A stretch of DNA of 64,000 bases, taken from a candidate division FCPU426 bacterium (GTDB lineage: Bacteria; Oederibacteriota; Muellerivitia; Muellerivitales; Muellerivitaceae). Location: the NCBI GenBank assembly GCA_963771075.1, contig CAVYSE010000026.1, positions 80,687 to 144,686 of the forward strand, written 5' to 3'. The notes under the pieces were generated by a model. That model was given only the letters and a program-made list of their open reading frames with translations. It searched no databases and was not told the DNA's origin. Shown here one piece after another: positions 44,651 to 54,491 of this stretch. Both the position numbers and the translations under genes were made by a program. Every line of letters begins with the position of its first letter. Within the stretch, counting starts at the first letter, position 1.

Positions 44651-45562
44651 TTATTTTATCTTCCCCGTCAACTGAAACACTTCCCGAAGGCTGGGGGGGT
44701 AAAGCGCGGCGGGGAACCGCCGGCAAACGCAGGCGGCGAGGCCCGCCGCGAATCGGACGCAAGGTTCGTCCTCCCATCCGCGCCACAGTCCATAAACCAT
44801 TCCCGCCCGGAAGGCGTCCCCCGCGCCCAGGGTGCCTGAAACCTTCACTTCATAGGGAACGAATTGGCGGATGGGCCCTTGGGGCCGGGCGTACCAGAAG
44901 GCTTGGGTCCCGAAGGTGAAGACCGTCAGGCCTTTGGTGCGGGCCCGATAACGGGCCATGAGTGTTTTCAGGTCCGTTTTGGGTTTTAACCCATTCAAGA
45001 AATATCGGGAAAGGATATTCACCCTTGAGAAACGGTGGCAAACCGAGTCGGGCGGGCAATCCAAGGTAACGTAGGGCACTCCTGCCTTGTGGCATAAAAG
45101 GGCGGCTTTTTCCGATTCTTTTCTTAAATAGGGATCAATGGCGGCGACCTTGGCTTGTTGGATTGCTTTTGCCTTGGGGCTCGCCCATTTCCGCCCGCCG
45201 CCATTCGAAAACCGGTGGGCGAACCAGCCGAAAACTGTCCGGTGGCGGTTGTCCACCAGAACCAAATCCTTCCAACCCTCAAAAGCGGGGTCCAACTTCA
45301 AGCCGGAACAATCCAAGCCCCATTTGCGGTAGTGCCTCAACAGGGGTTCCTGGGTTTGCGTCCCCAGTAAGGTACCCTCGGGATGGACCTTGAGCCCCAA
45401 ACGGGCCAGGAGGATGGCGGCGTTGGCAATTTCGCCCCCGGGCACCTGGAAGGTTTGGGCGATTTCCCGGTAGGTATCCGCCGGTGGATAGGGACCCTTC
45501 AACCGGTGGATGGTGGAATAGAGGGACATTCCGTAAAGATAAGCGTCGTATTTTCGAACCAT
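44651..45562 (-). CDS. PfkB-family carbohydrate kinase
   Basis: PGGEIANAA and the TLGAGDAFRAG signature. Confidence 0.85.
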   Translation of the reverse strand: MVRKYDAYLYGMSLYSTIHRLKGPYPPADTYREIAQTFQVPGGEIANAAILLARLGLKVHPEGTLLGTQTQEPLLRHYRKWGLDCSGLKLDPAFEGWKDLVLVDNRHRTVFGWFAHRFSNGGGRKWASPKAKAIQQAKVAAIDPYLRKESEKAALLCHKAGVPYVTLDCPPDSVCHRFSRVNILSRYFLNGLKPKTDLKTLMARYRARTKGLTVFTFGTQAFWYARPQGPIRQFVPYEVKVSGTLGAGDAFRAGMVYGLWRGWEDEPCVRFAAGLAACVCRRFPAALYPPSLREVFQLTGKIK

Positions 45563-45585
45563 GGATTGGGGCCCTTATGCCTGGA

Positions 45586-46086
45586 TTAATAAATAAAAGC
45601 CCGTTCTTTGACCTCGGCGTTCACGTCGGAATGGCTGACCTTATCTTCCGCTATTTCCACCAGGTCGGAGATCAGGTCGCGGTCTTTTTTTGTTAAATCG
45701 GACCGTCGGCTGAATCGAAGCAGGACCATCCGGTGGCTCTCCTTCATTTCACAAAAACACTTGAATTGGGTGAAGGTATGGGCGTAGTCGAAAAAAATCC
45801 TGACGCTGGACACGTCTTCCCAGCGGTAAGCATTCCGAACGGTCGATAAGAGGTGATCCACGCTTACGAAACCATTCTTGTCAAAGGTGAAAACGGGGTA
45901 TTCGGCGTGAAGTTTTTTGACTCTCAGCAAATACAGGCATAGCAGGCCCATGAAGACCGTCAGCCAGGTGCAATAAAACCATGCGTTCGGCATGAAACAG
46001 GCGAAAAGGAGGAACAGGGCCTCGGCGATGGCGGCCAGCTGGAGGGGATAATTGACGATTTCTTTCGATTCATAGGCTTCTTGCAT
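45586..46086 (-). CDS. Hypothetical membrane protein
   Basis: Two N-terminal TM segments followed by a soluble domain. Confidence 0.55.
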   Translation of the reverse strand: MQEAYESKEIVNYPLQLAAIAEALFLLFACFMPNAWFYCTWLTVFMGLLCLYLLRVKKLHAEYPVFTFDKNGFVSVDHLLSTVRNAYRWEDVSSVRIFFDYAHTFTQFKCFCEMKESHRMVLLRFSRRSDLTKKDRDLISDLVEIAEDKVSHSDVNAEVKERAFIY

Positions 46087-46257
46087 GATCGGGCTCCTTC
46101 CGGACGAAATAGATTATCACGGGTCAGCGGATCGGTTGAGGATAAAAAAATATTGTTAAATCGCGATAAAAAGGCGGGGGAATATTCCATGTGTCGCTGA
46201 ATCGGATCGGCATTTATCACCCAGTGGTTTCGCGATCTCCCTTCGCCCTGGACCTTT

Positions 46258-46971
46258 TCACCAAATCAAAGGAATCAGTTTGTACCGGACCTTTCGGGAA
46301 TAGGTTCGATAACCTTTGAGTTCCTTTCGCAGGGTTTTGTCCTCCAGGCCGGTTCGCAGGACCAGGAGCAATCCGATCAGGATTCCCACTCCCAACGCGG
46401 GATAGGAACCCAAAAGAACCGGGGCCGCCAGGTTGTAAAGGATAGCGCCCGCGTAACCCGGATGGCGCAAATAGGAATAGGGCCCCTGTTGGATCACGCG
46501 ATGCCCCCGTTCTTTTTGGATCCGCACGTAGCTTGAGAAAAAGGGGTTGGACCTCATCGCCCAATAGGTCAAAAATCCACCGGCCAACATCACGCAAATG
46601 GCCAAATAGGATGTGAAGGTCATAAAAGCGGGGGACCATCCCAAGCGCTTGTCCAACCCGGCGAGGACAAGGGACAAGAAGGGCAATAGGCCCCCCACCC
46701 ATCCCACCAGCGCCTTATCCCAGGGTTGGGCGGTCTTTGCGGCTTTCTTCCGCTCGTCCGCCAGGGCGGGATAACGCTTGAAAACGTCCGCTGTTAGCAA
46801 CGCGACAATCGATAAGATGGCCAGGAAGTCCCAGGCGTTCCACCAGTTTAATTTACCGGCCGAGCCGAAAAGAACCGCCGCCGTGAAACCGGCCACGATC
46901 AAATATTGTGTTAGGAAATTTTTTTGTTTTTTGGATTTCAAAATCTTCTCCGTCACGATAATACACGACAA
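46258..46971 (-). CDS. Isoprenylcysteine carboxyl methyltransferase-family membrane protein
   Basis: NPFFS-VRIQ, GPYSYLRHPGY and EDKTLRKELKGY. Confidence 0.85.
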   Translation of the reverse strand: MSCIIVTEKILKSKKQKNFLTQYLIVAGFTAAVLFGSAGKLNWWNAWDFLAILSIVALLTADVFKRYPALADERKKAAKTAQPWDKALVGWVGGLLPFLSLVLAGLDKRLGWSPAFMTFTSYLAICVMLAGGFLTYWAMRSNPFFSSYVRIQKERGHRVIQQGPYSYLRHPGYAGAILYNLAAPVLLGSYPALGVGILIGLLLVLRTGLEDKTLRKELKGYRTYSRKVRYKLIPLIW

Positions 46972-47076
46972 ATGTCAAAAAGGGTTGCCCCATCCCGCAT
47001 GCGAACGCCGGATACCCTGGATCGTCTCCCGAATTTTACTTCGCCGCCTTCATGGGGTCGGGAGGCAGGGAACTAA

Positions 47077-47822
47077 TCAATAACTGACTTGGGCGAGGTT
47101 ACCCGAAAGCACGCAGGAAGAGGATTGGGCTCCGGGGAATGCGGATGGCGAGTATTGGTAGACGCACATGACGACCGAATCAGTTCCGGCCCCGGGTGTT
47201 TCGTTGGTGAAAACAGAGTTAGCCACCGTGTAGGGATTGCTAGCCACCGGCGGCCCGAGATAGGCCAGGACCTGAGCCGAATTATTGAGAACGCGGATTA
47301 AGGTTACGTTCCCCACGCCGTTGGACCAGGAACAGGTCACACCCGCCGCGGCGGTAGAACTGGACGCGGATGCCACGGGATTACCGGCAATGCCAGTGAC
47401 CGAGGCGGTATAGGTTTGGGAACCGATTCCGACCAGGTAGGTATAGACCTGGCCCGCGTTATAGGTCATGGAGCAGTTAAATAAAGCCCCCGTGACGGGG
47501 GCGCGCCCGTATTCGTGATCCCGTAATCGTTGGTGAGGTTTCCCAGGGTGTTCATCGGCGTGGTAACCCCCGCGCTGACGAAACTGACGGCGGTATTAGC
47601 TGGCGCGGTATTGCCCGTGCTGTCGGCGACCCAGACGTCCGAGAGGCTGATGGAGCCATTTACCACAATCATCCCCACGATATAGGGCGCGGTTGAGGTG
47701 GGGGTCGGGGTCGGGTTATTGGCTGTGGTCGGTGAGTCGGATTTGGAACAACCGGCGGGGAGCAGGACGGCCAGGATGGACGCTGTCAATAAAGCCGATA
47801 GGGATAGCCAAGTCTTAGTCAT
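47077..47822 (-). CDS. Hypothetical lipoprotein (frameshift near 47.5 kb)
   Basis: Lipobox PAGC; two abutting ORFs joined at a C/G homopolymer. Confidence 0.55.
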
Positions 47823-47920
47823 ATAAAGCACCTCATTTGAATTTTCGTGAAAGAACCTGTACTAGTCTACCACCCAAAAGCCGGATCGAGGGTGGAGCAA
47901 CATCCAAAAACGCCCCATCT

Positions 47921-48757
47921 TCATTTGCTTTTCTTGATGACTGAATTCAAGAAAAGCGAAATATCCTCCAGGGTTTTCTCGGAGATTTGATGGCCCATGG
48001 AATATTCCTTGAACAGGGGATGGAAGCCCGCGTCCCTTAAGGCTTTTAATGTTTTTTGGGTGATCTCCTCCGTCACGATGGGGTCCATGGTCCCGTGGGT
48101 CAGGAGGATGGGTGTTCCGTTAGGGATCAGGGGATGGGCGAGTGTTTTGGATGGGTCCCAAATGTACCCGCTCATGGAAACGATGGCTAAAACCTTCCCC
48201 ATGTCGTTCAGTCCAGCTTCCAATGACATCACCCCGCCCTGGGAAAAGCCCATGATCACGAAAGGCCGAGGCTTCGCGGCGTCCCGGGTGAAGCGGTCGA
48301 TGACCTTAAAAAGATAATCGCGGCTATTCACGAAGTCAGACCGAAGATGGGTTTGCAGGTCGTACCAGGCAAGGGCGTCGGGGGAGTAGCCGGGCAGGTG
48401 AAGGGGGGCGTCGGGAAGCACGTAACGGCAGGGCGGCAGGTTGAGGCCGTCGCATAGGCCGGCCAAGTCATCGGCGTTGGCCCCCAAACCGTGGAGGATA
48501 AAAACCACAGGGGCTTCCGGCGGAAGGCCGGGAGGGTCTGCCACCAAACAACGGTGGTTCGCGACCGTCACCGGTATGGCGGCGCTCTGCCCATATAGCC
48601 CCGGGGCCGCCGAAAAAACGGCCAGCCACAGGAGGTAAAAGGCAGTGGGAAGCAACCGTGAAACCATGCTGACCTCCACCCCCAAGGGCTGAAAATTACG
48701 TCCTGCGCTTGCCAAAGGTCTTCCCGTCGTGGACAGACTCACAGCATTTTGCTTCAA
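47921..48757 (-). CDS. Phospholipase/carboxylesterase (alpha/beta hydrolase)
   Basis: LHGLGA, GFSQGG, HGTMDPIV and MGHQI; the true start is probably downstream of 48757. Confidence 0.85.
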   Translation of the reverse strand: MKQNAVSLSTTGRPLASAGRNFQPLGVEVSMVSRLLPTAFYLLWLAVFSAAPGLYGQSAAIPVTVANHRCLVADPPGLPPEAPVVFILHGLGANADDLAGLCDGLNLPPCRYVLPDAPLHLPGYSPDALAWYDLQTHLRSDFVNSRDYLFKVIDRFTRDAAKPRPFVIMGFSQGGVMSLEAGLNDMGKVLAIVSMSGYIWDPSKTLAHPLIPNGTPILLTHGTMDPIVTEEITQKTLKALRDAGFHPLFKEYSMGHQISEKTLEDISLFLNSVIKKSK

Positions 48758-48765
48758 AGTTCCGC

Positions 48766-49416
48766 TTACTTGCCATCCATCAGGAAATCTTCAGGGTGAT
48801 CCTTCACTCGTTGCAGATAAAGTGCCCCAAGATTTTCGCGCTGGGTGTAATGCATTTTATCCAGGTCATCCAACCCTTTATACATGGAGCCTTCCGTGAA
48901 AACTTTCCCCGGTTTGTGATTTTCCCAAGCCGGCGGGCGGGAATTTCCTGCCTTTTCGATGCGTTCGATGGCAATCTCAAGGAGCTTTTTGGTTTTGTAA
49001 GAGCCCATCAGTTCCAGTGCCTCCAAGCAAGCTTTTGCCATGGCCCCTTGGGATTCGAGAAAGCGGGTATTCTCGAAATATTGTGAAAATCCGCCGTTAT
49101 TGATTTCTCCATCCAGTTTATTGATGGAATAAATCGCCTTCAAACCTATGGGAATGTTGTCTTCGGTCTCATTCCCTTTTTCCTGTTGGGCATAGAGAAT
49201 AAGCAACCATTCCATGCAATCATCCACGCCCATCTTTTTGTTTTCATATCCAAAGGCGAATTGGGCGATGAGCTTCTCGAAAGGATAGGCTAAGAGGTCC
49301 TCCCCCTTGCTGTAACGTTGAACCAGGTCCTCGAAGCTTAAACGGGGGATTATATTTTTTCGGCGGTCAAATGACGCCGATTTGGCCGTGAAAATGTTTT
49401 TTAAAAAATCAAACAT
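48766..49416 (-). CDS. DUF4375/DMP19-like protein (cassette gene)
   Basis: LDGEINNGGFSQYFEN motif; ATG at 49416 after a GAAGGA RBS. Confidence 0.7.
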   Translation of the reverse strand: MFDFLKNIFTAKSASFDRRKNIIPRLSFEDLVQRYSKGEDLLAYPFEKLIAQFAFGYENKKMGVDDCMEWLLILYAQQEKGNETEDNIPIGLKAIYSINKLDGEINNGGFSQYFENTRFLESQGAMAKACLEALELMGSYKTKKLLEIAIERIEKAGNSRPPAWENHKPGKVFTEGSMYKGLDDLDKMHYTQRENLGALYLQRVKDHPEDFLMDGK

Positions 49417-49459
49417 AAGATCCTTCTCCCCAAAGAAGGCAATTGTACCATTGGTTGCT

Positions 49460-49524
49460 TGTCCTTGATGGGTCTCCCCCATGTAGCATGCGCTTGCGCT
49501 TAACTACTTGGCCCATCTTGGTCA
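49460..49524. repeat. Cassette-boundary site A (65-bp long form, degenerate)
   Basis: TGTCCTTGATGGGTCTCC-CCCATGTAGCATGCGCTTGCGCTTAACTACTTGG-CCCATCTTGGTCA. Confidence 0.85.
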
Positions 49525-49760
49525 ACTCAACATTCTGGGTTCTAGCCGCTTCTTGGAAAGAAGAAGTTTAACATCAGACCAAACAAGGTTATTCAAAATC
49601 CATTCAACGGCTGAAAACTCATATGGAATTCAGTTTTTCACTTCATGATAAAGATCACATTGAAATCCAAACAATAAATTAAAGAATCGGCGGATTCTGC
49701 CGTTAGAGTTATATATAGGTTTATTAAGAGCAAATTAATTTTGACTGGCCGGTGCCATAG

Positions 49761-52700
49761 GTGTCTATTATGAAATCGACGATCCGACAAAAGTGTTTTA
49801 TGCCCATCCCTGTTTTGATCGTGCTCTTTTTGTTCCTCATGGCCTTCAGGACGGGCCCCCCCATTCATCAGCAACCAAACCCCACACAGCCGCTAAAATT
49901 AAAAGAATCTTTCGGCAAACTGCCCTTGGCTTTCGAACCCAACCAGGGCCAATCCGATCCAACGGTCCAGTTCCTCTGCCGCGGAAGCGGCTATACCCTT
50001 TTCTTGACGGGTCAGGGGGCGGTACTCACGTTGCATAAAACCCAAAGTAGCTCCCCCCCGAAGTCGAAAAAGCTCAGGGCGCACAAGTTTTCCAAACTCA
50101 ACCGGCCCAAACCCGCGCCGCCCGACGTGATCCGCCTGACACTTTCGGGCACCCAAAACAACCTTTCCTTCAAGGGCCTGGAGAAACTTCCGGGCATTTC
50201 GAATTATTTCATCGGCGCCGACCCGGCCAAGTGGCTCACCCGCATCCCGCAATACGCCCAAATCCAGGCGGCGGAAGTTTATCCGGGCGTGGATATGACC
50301 TATTACGGCCGGCAGGGAAAACTCGAGTATGACTTCCAGGTGAAACCCGGCGCGGACCTGGGCGTGATCCGTATGAAGGTGGAAGGGGCGGATACAACCG
50401 AAGTCAACGGGGAAGGCAACATGGAAATTTCCGTGGGCGGACGGAAACTGGTCTTCCGGGCCCCGGCCCTCTACCAGGGAAAAGACAATGCCAAGACACC
50501 CGTGGAGGGAAAGTTTACCAAGATAGGCGCGAACGAAATTGGTTTCGAGGTGAAGGATTACGACAGAACCAAGACGCTCATTATTGACCCGACGTTGGAC
50601 TATTCCACTTATTTGGGGGGGATCACAATGAATGGAATGGATGATAGGCTCCTTTTTGGAATCGCTGTGGATTCCGACGGAAACGCTTATGTGACGGGAG
50701 GAGCCGACACCGATTTCCCGGCGACTCCCGGAAGTTTCCAGACAATCCAGGTGAGCGGCGCTTCCGACGCTTACGTCGCCAAACTAAACGCCTCCGGAAC
50801 GGCCCTTATTTATTCCACCTATTTGGGCGGGAGCTTTGTGGATTTCGGCTCGGGAATCGCGGTGGATTCCAATGGAAACGCTTATGTGGACGGCTTTAAC
50901 GGGTCACTGGATTTTCCTTATATCAGCGGCTCTTATACAAGTGATCCAACTTTTGACCCTACATTCAATTTGAGCGATATCTTCGTGGCCGAATTAAACT
51001 CAACGGGAACAGCCTTGGAATACACGTGTTTTATGTTGGGCTATCCCCCGCCTCAAAGCAGTGGTGAACCATCTGACGAACAACCCATGGGGATCGCGTT
51101 GGATTCGTATAATAACGCTTATGTTACTGGTTATACCGATTCAACCGTTTTTCCCACAACCTCGGGGGCTTTCTGGGCATCCAATCTCAATGAGGGCTAC
51201 GACACTTTTGCTTTTAAGTTGAATTCCACGGGGACGACCTTGGTTTACTCAACTTATTTGGGCGGTGAAGAAGACTGGGGTACTGGCATTGCCCTGGATT
51301 CAAAAGGAGACGCGTTTATTACCGGGTTTAGCGATGATCAGTCAATGCCCACTACGCCGGGAGCCTTTCAAACCCAAATGTTAGGCACGGAGGATCCGTT
51401 CGTTTTCGTTTTGAACCCTACCGGGTCAGGCTTGGTCTATGGAACCTACCTAGGCGGGGGTGGTAGTTTTATTTACGACCAAGGTTACGCTATCGCGGTC
51501 AATGACGCGGGAAACGCTTATGTGACGGGATTTACCCAATCCACTAGTTTTCCTACGACTTCCGGGGCTTTTCAAACGGCATTAATTGGTTCCGCAAATG
51601 CGTTTGTGTCCGAACTGAATCCTTCGGGAACGAGTCTGGTTTTTTCCACTTATTTGGGCGGTAGTAATGGCGACGATGGTCTTGGAATCGCCTTGAATTC
51701 ACAGGGAGATGTTTATATCACGGGCGGTACTGGTTCCACTGATTTTCCAACATCGCCAACAGCGTATCAAAGCAGCTTAATCGGCTCGGAAAATGCTTTT
51801 TTTACCGTGCTAAACCCAAGCGGCACCGGCTTGATCTATTCGACCTACTTGGGCGGCAGCGGCATGGATAATGGACAACAAATCACGGTCGACCCTGAAG
51901 GGAACGCTTATCTGGTCGGATACACCAATTCGACCGACTTCCCGACCACCTCCGGGGCTATTCAAACCTCCAATACGGGTGGTGGGGATTCATCCTTCGT
52001 CACAAAATTCGATGATACGATCATTTATATTCCTACCCCTTCGGGAACAACGACCCCCCTCCCGGCCACCGCCACACCCTCGATGTCATCCACTTCGACG
52101 CCAACCACTACCCCGACAGCGAGTTCGACAAACTCACCGCAGGCTACTTCCACGCCCACGGCCTCACCGACCCTCACCGCAATGTCGACAGCCAGCCTCA
52201 CGCCGACTCTTTCTCCCGCTTCTCAAGCCACCCCCACAGCGACAGCGAGTTCGACAAGCTCACCGCAGGCCACTTCCACGCCCCCACCGACCCTCACTGC
52301 AATGTCGACAGCCAGCCTCACGCCGACTCTTTCCCCCACTTCCCAAGCCACCTCTACAGCGACAGCGAGTTCGACAAGCTCACCACCAGCAACACCCACT
52401 TGGACTGAAACGCCGGTGTCTTCCGCCACCGCCACGGCCACTCAAACAGCGATCTGGACCGCGGTTCTGACAAGCTTGCCGCAAGCCAGCCCCTCTTTAA
52501 CGCCCCAGCCAACGGCGACACCAACGTCCGCTTTCACGGGATTAACAGCTATCGTTTATCCCAACCCCGCCATCACCTCCTCTTTTTCAATAGGCGTTGG
52601 CGGTTTCGCACTACCCTCCGACATCACGGTCCAAATCTTCACCACCGCCTTCCGGAAGGTCCAACAAACATCTTTTTCTAATGTGACCCCAGGCCAACGG

Positions 52701-52820
52701 CTTCCATTGACCCTCACGGACAGGGAAGGGCAACCACTGGCAAACGGGCTTTATTACGTAGCCGTGAATTTGACCAACTTGGGGTTCCGGACTGTGGGTA
52801 AACTTTTAATCCTTCGGTAA
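49761..52820 (+). CDS. Secreted SBBP beta-propeller repeat protein with Thr/Ser linker and T9SS-like C-terminal domain
   Basis: LPLAFEPNQGQ, repeated YSTYLGG and GIAVDSxGNAYVTG; C-terminal VYPNP...LANGLYYV. Confidence 0.85.
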   Translation: MSIMKSTIRQKCFMPIPVLIVLFLFLMAFRTGPPIHQQPNPTQPLKLKESFGKLPLAFEPNQGQSDPTVQFLCRGSGYTLFLTGQGAVLTLHKTQSSSPPKSKKLRAHKFSKLNRPKPAPPDVIRLTLSGTQNNLSFKGLEKLPGISNYFIGADPAKWLTRIPQYAQIQAAEVYPGVDMTYYGRQGKLEYDFQVKPGADLGVIRMKVEGADTTEVNGEGNMEISVGGRKLVFRAPALYQGKDNAKTPVEGKFTKIGANEIGFEVKDYDRTKTLIIDPTLDYSTYLGGITMNGMDDRLLFGIAVDSDGNAYVTGGADTDFPATPGSFQTIQVSGASDAYVAKLNASGTALIYSTYLGGSFVDFGSGIAVDSNGNAYVDGFNGSLDFPYISGSYTSDPTFDPTFNLSDIFVAELNSTGTALEYTCFMLGYPPPQSSGEPSDEQPMGIALDSYNNAYVTGYTDSTVFPTTSGAFWASNLNEGYDTFAFKLNSTGTTLVYSTYLGGEEDWGTGIALDSKGDAFITGFSDDQSMPTTPGAFQTQMLGTEDPFVFVLNPTGSGLVYGTYLGGGGSFIYDQGYAIAVNDAGNAYVTGFTQSTSFPTTSGAFQTALIGSANAFVSELNPSGTSLVFSTYLGGSNGDDGLGIALNSQGDVYITGGTGSTDFPTSPTAYQSSLIGSENAFFTVLNPSGTGLIYSTYLGGSGMDNGQQITVDPEGNAYLVGYTNSTDFPTTSGAIQTSNTGGGDSSFVTKFDDTIIYIPTPSGTTTPLPATATPSMSSTSTPTTTPTASSTNSPQATSTPTASPTLTAMSTASLTPTLSPASQATPTATASSTSSPQATSTPPPTLTAMSTASLTPTLSPTSQATSTATASSTSSPPATPTWTETPVSSATATATQTAIWTAVLTSLPQASPSLTPQPTATPTSAFTGLTAIVYPNPAITSSFSIGVGGFALPSDITVQIFTTAFRKVQQTSFSNVTPGQRLPLTLTDREGQPLANGLYYVAVNLTNLGFRTVGKLLILR

Positions 52821-52953
52821 CTTCATTGCGGATCCAAACCAACCGGTCGTAGGAAAACTGCTGAGAAATTCGGCTTTTTACTTGGTGAACGAAATAGGTG
52901 CCTGGCTTCCCGCTCCGCAGCGGGAAGCAGGGACCATTATTTATTATTTGCCC

Positions 52954-52981
52954 TATCCACGATGGGCCCCTGTCGTGGACA
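52954..52981. repeat. Cassette-boundary site B (28 bp)
   Basis: TATCCACGATG-GGCCCC-TGTCGTGGACA. Confidence 0.9.
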
Positions 52982-53001
52982 AAATATCCAATAACCGTAG
53001 G

Positions 53002-53577
53002 TCAGGGATAAAGTTTTTCGCCTTTGGAAAGCATTACCACGAATTGCTTGATTCGTTTCTGTCGGGTTTCCGGTTTTTTCGCGGTTTGAAGCCGGTAAAT
53101 GATGGCGTAAACATTAGAGCGGTTCAATGTTTCCAAAAAGACCTTAGCCTTCCTGCTTTTACTTACCGCTCGCAAAAAATCCTCGGGTAATTTGGCCGAA
53201 CTTTGAGGGTGATAGGCCTTGGACCAGCGTCCATCTTTTTTGGCTGATTCGATTAACTTCAACCCAGCCGGTTTCATCCGTCCTGCTTTGATGAGGCGTT
53301 CAGCGTGGCCTACATTGATCTTCGACCAAACACCTTTCAACCGACGCGGACCAAATTTCTGAAGCCAGACCTTATCATCAAATGCAGCCTTTTGGCCGTC
53401 AATCCAGCCGTAACAAAGGGCACCATCCAGGGCGTCCGGGTAATTAACCGAGAGGGTTTGAGAATCTTTCTTAAATATTTTCAGCCAAACGCCCTGGGAC
53501 GAATCATGATTCTCGTCCAGCCACCTTTCCCAGTCTTGAGCCGATTTGAAAGAAACGATTTTTAAATCCTGAACCAT
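53002..53577 (-). CDS. YdeI/OmpD-associated family protein (cassette)
   Basis: ALCYGWIDG, WSKIN and AKKPETRQKRI. Confidence 0.88.
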   Translation of the reverse strand: MVQDLKIVSFKSAQDWERWLDENHDSSQGVWLKIFKKDSQTLSVNYPDALDGALCYGWIDGQKAAFDDKVWLQKFGPRRLKGVWSKINVGHAERLIKAGRMKPAGLKLIESAKKDGRWSKAYHPQSSAKLPEDFLRAVSKSRKAKVFLETLNRSNVYAIIYRLQTAKKPETRQKRIKQFVVMLSKGEKLYP

Positions 53578-53638
53578 TTATAAACCTTTCTTTTTTCAGC
53601 GAAATAGGCGCCTTGCCGCCATTATCCATTGTTTTCTT

Positions 53639-53703
53639 TGTCCGCGATGGGTCCCCGCCATGTAGCATGCGCTTGCGCTTAGCTACATGGCCCGCCGTGG
53701 ACA
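53639..53703. repeat. Cassette-boundary site C (65-bp long form)
   Basis: TGTCCGCGATGGGTCCCC-GCCATGTAGCATGCGCTTGCGCTTAGCTACATGGC-CCGCCGTGGACA. Confidence 0.92.
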
Positions 53704-53724
53704 ACCATTTTCAAACTTATGTAC

Positions 53725-54060
53725 TTACCCTAACTGTAGGAGAGAAGAAACTTTATCGACCACCGCTTGAAGCGTTTCCGGCGACACTTTCCCTTTGTAG
53801 ACGGCTTTTCGTTCTTTCCAATCTAAATTCTTTAAATGGTCTGAAAGCACTACTCCATGAACGGAACCAGAGATAAGCGCCACTTCGAAGGGGTACCCCT
53901 TCACTTGGGATGTAATGGGGCACATGACCGCCAAGCCCGTCTTTCGGTTGTATTCTTTGGGTGATAAAACCAAGGCAGGCCGTTGCCCCGCCTGTTCACG
54001 CCCTGCTTGCGGGGCGAAATTGAGCCAAACCACATCACCACGATCCGGGGTATAGTCCAT
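53725..54060 (-). CDS. mazF: MazF endoribonuclease toxin
   Basis: PDRGDVVWLNF-PQAGREQAGQRPALVLSP and CPITSQVKGYPFEV. Confidence 0.93.
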   Translation of the reverse strand: MDYTPDRGDVVWLNFAPQAGREQAGQRPALVLSPKEYNRKTGLAVMCPITSQVKGYPFEVALISGSVHGVVLSDHLKNLDWKERKAVYKGKVSPETLQAVVDKVSSLLQLG

Positions 54061-54063
54061 GAA

Positions 54064-54303
54064 TTACCAAACCTCTTTTCCGACCGGTCGCCCGGTTTGG
54101 GTTTCGTCGTGGAGATTACCCGGCTTAATTTGCGAAAGGAGCTCTTTAAGGGATGGCTTGGCCTGGGCAGGTTTGATCAAAAGGTTCCCCTTTTCTTCCG
54201 TCAATTCGACAGAACCCCCTTCCTTGACTTTAATATATTCCGCCATGGATTTAGGTATCCGCAGGGCAAGACTATTACCCCACTTTTGTACAACGGTTTT
54301 CAT
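54064..54303 (-). CDS. mazE: MazE/AbrB-type antitoxin
   Basis: VQKWGNSLALRIPK and C-terminal PVGKEVW. Confidence 0.93.
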   Translation of the reverse strand: MKTVVQKWGNSLALRIPKSMAEYIKVKEGGSVELTEEKGNLLIKPAQAKPSLKELLSQIKPGNLHDETQTGRPVGKEVW

Positions 54304-54322
54304 GAAAATCCCCCTGTTGGTT

Positions 54323-54366
54323 AATGTATCTACAATGAATATACATTGAGTTTAATCAAATGTCAA
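54323..54366 (-). promoter_or_regulatory. mazEF promoter with palindromic operator
   Basis: Minus strand TTGACA-17 bp-TATATT; inverted repeat AATGTAT...ATACATT overlaps the -10 box. Confidence 0.7.
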
Positions 54367-54372
54367 AAAGGT

Positions 54373-54400
54373 CAGCCACGAAGGGCCAGCGTCAGGACCA
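54373..54400. repeat. Possible eroded cassette-boundary site D
   Basis: CAGCCACGAAG-GGCCAG-CGTCAGGACCA, a partial match at the expected position. Confidence 0.4.
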
Positions 54401-54491
54401 GACCTAAAAGGTCTAGCGTAACCCTTTTAATAGTTGGGCCGAGTTAGAAAGGGGACCGAATAAGCCGGCCAAAGATGTGTAATACCCTGAT

